DNA of 64,000 nucleotides from Hormiphora californensis (Eukaryota; Animalia; Ctenophora): NCBI GenBank assembly GCA_020137815.1, contig CM035351.1, positions 3,906,001 to 3,970,000 of the forward strand, read 5' to 3'. Shown piece by piece: positions 63,317 to 64,000 of this stretch (position 1 is its first letter; each line of letters starts with the position of its first letter). The notes under the pieces were generated by a model. It saw only the letters and a program-made list of their open reading frames with translations, ran no database searches and was not told where the DNA came from. The position numbers and the translations under genes were made by a program.

Positions 63317-64000
63317 AGCTCAATCCAGGTCACAGTGATTGGTACGAGTTTATTAGCCATTAGTCCAGTACAATCTTGTTAGACGTTAGTCTCATTGCAA
63401 ACTTCTAGACCTCTAGTGGGACTATAAGGGAATTAGTAACTACCACTGGTGTCTCTATAATGCGCTATTAGTAATAGTAATACAGTTGATATGGTTTAGT
63501 CGTTATGGTTGCTAATAGTTATCAGTCACTGCATGGTTCCCAACATTCATTATGAAAACCATAACGATCTAATATGATTGCTGCAGTAGTGTGAACTATA
63601 TTCATAATATTTCTCAAGTATTAGTTGTAAGGAGGATCATGTTAAGTTCTCGCTGCGAGCCCACAGGGCTTGTAATGTAGGCACCTCCAAAATTAAATTA
63701 CAGGTCATACGTCCCTACAGATCGCGTGATAGAACCCTACAACCCTTTTAATAAGTTTCGAATTGTTTCGCTAGAAAGCCACCCTTGCTACTAGATGTTT
63801 GAACTATCCCCCGTATACAGATTCTGTTCCTATAAAGCTTGTCCACCGAATGGTACCGGGCACTACCAATTGTTAGTATAATTTTCAGTTGTCACAGCCC
63901 CGGACAGCAGCATTGATCTAGGCAATATTATAGTGCTGCTGCGGTTGGTATAAATGCGTCGCGTGAGTAGCGAGTTAGTTATAGTGGAGGTGCAATGCAT

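Overview
Eukaryotic (animal-like) genomic DNA with short GT-AG introns, many (AG/CT)n microsatellites and numerous small inverted-repeat transposons. From memory, the small repeats resemble those of the ctenophore Pleurobrachia; this taxon guess is unverified. Five spliced genes were reconstructed by hand: (1) a + strand B-box/NHL (TRIM-NHL-like) gene with a ~4.8-kb exon encoding a Ser/Arg-rich region with several SxIP motifs (9443-16335, 5' exon not found); (2) NBAS/Sec39 (32825-41478, +); (3) an MZB1/pERp1-like ER protein ending in KQEL (41863-48812, +), whose second intron holds nested mobile DNA (interleaved palindromes, a foldback element split by a Helitron, and a G/C-tailed MITE); (4) a ZDHHC5/8-like palmitoyltransferase (-, 49935 to at least 55038) in which the exon/intron junction inside the DHHC cysteine-rich domain is amplified into 25 in-frame 45-bp copies, each with its own splice donor; (5) a secreted 442-aa precursor with eight exon-encoded BgK/ShK-like domains separated by acidic spacers and basic processing sites (-, 56688-60032). 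A 5'-truncated CRE-like non-LTR retrotransposon with a 17-bp target-site duplication lies at 28197-29087. The most unusual items are the splice-donor array, the ShK polyprotein and the SxIP-bearing NHL protein.
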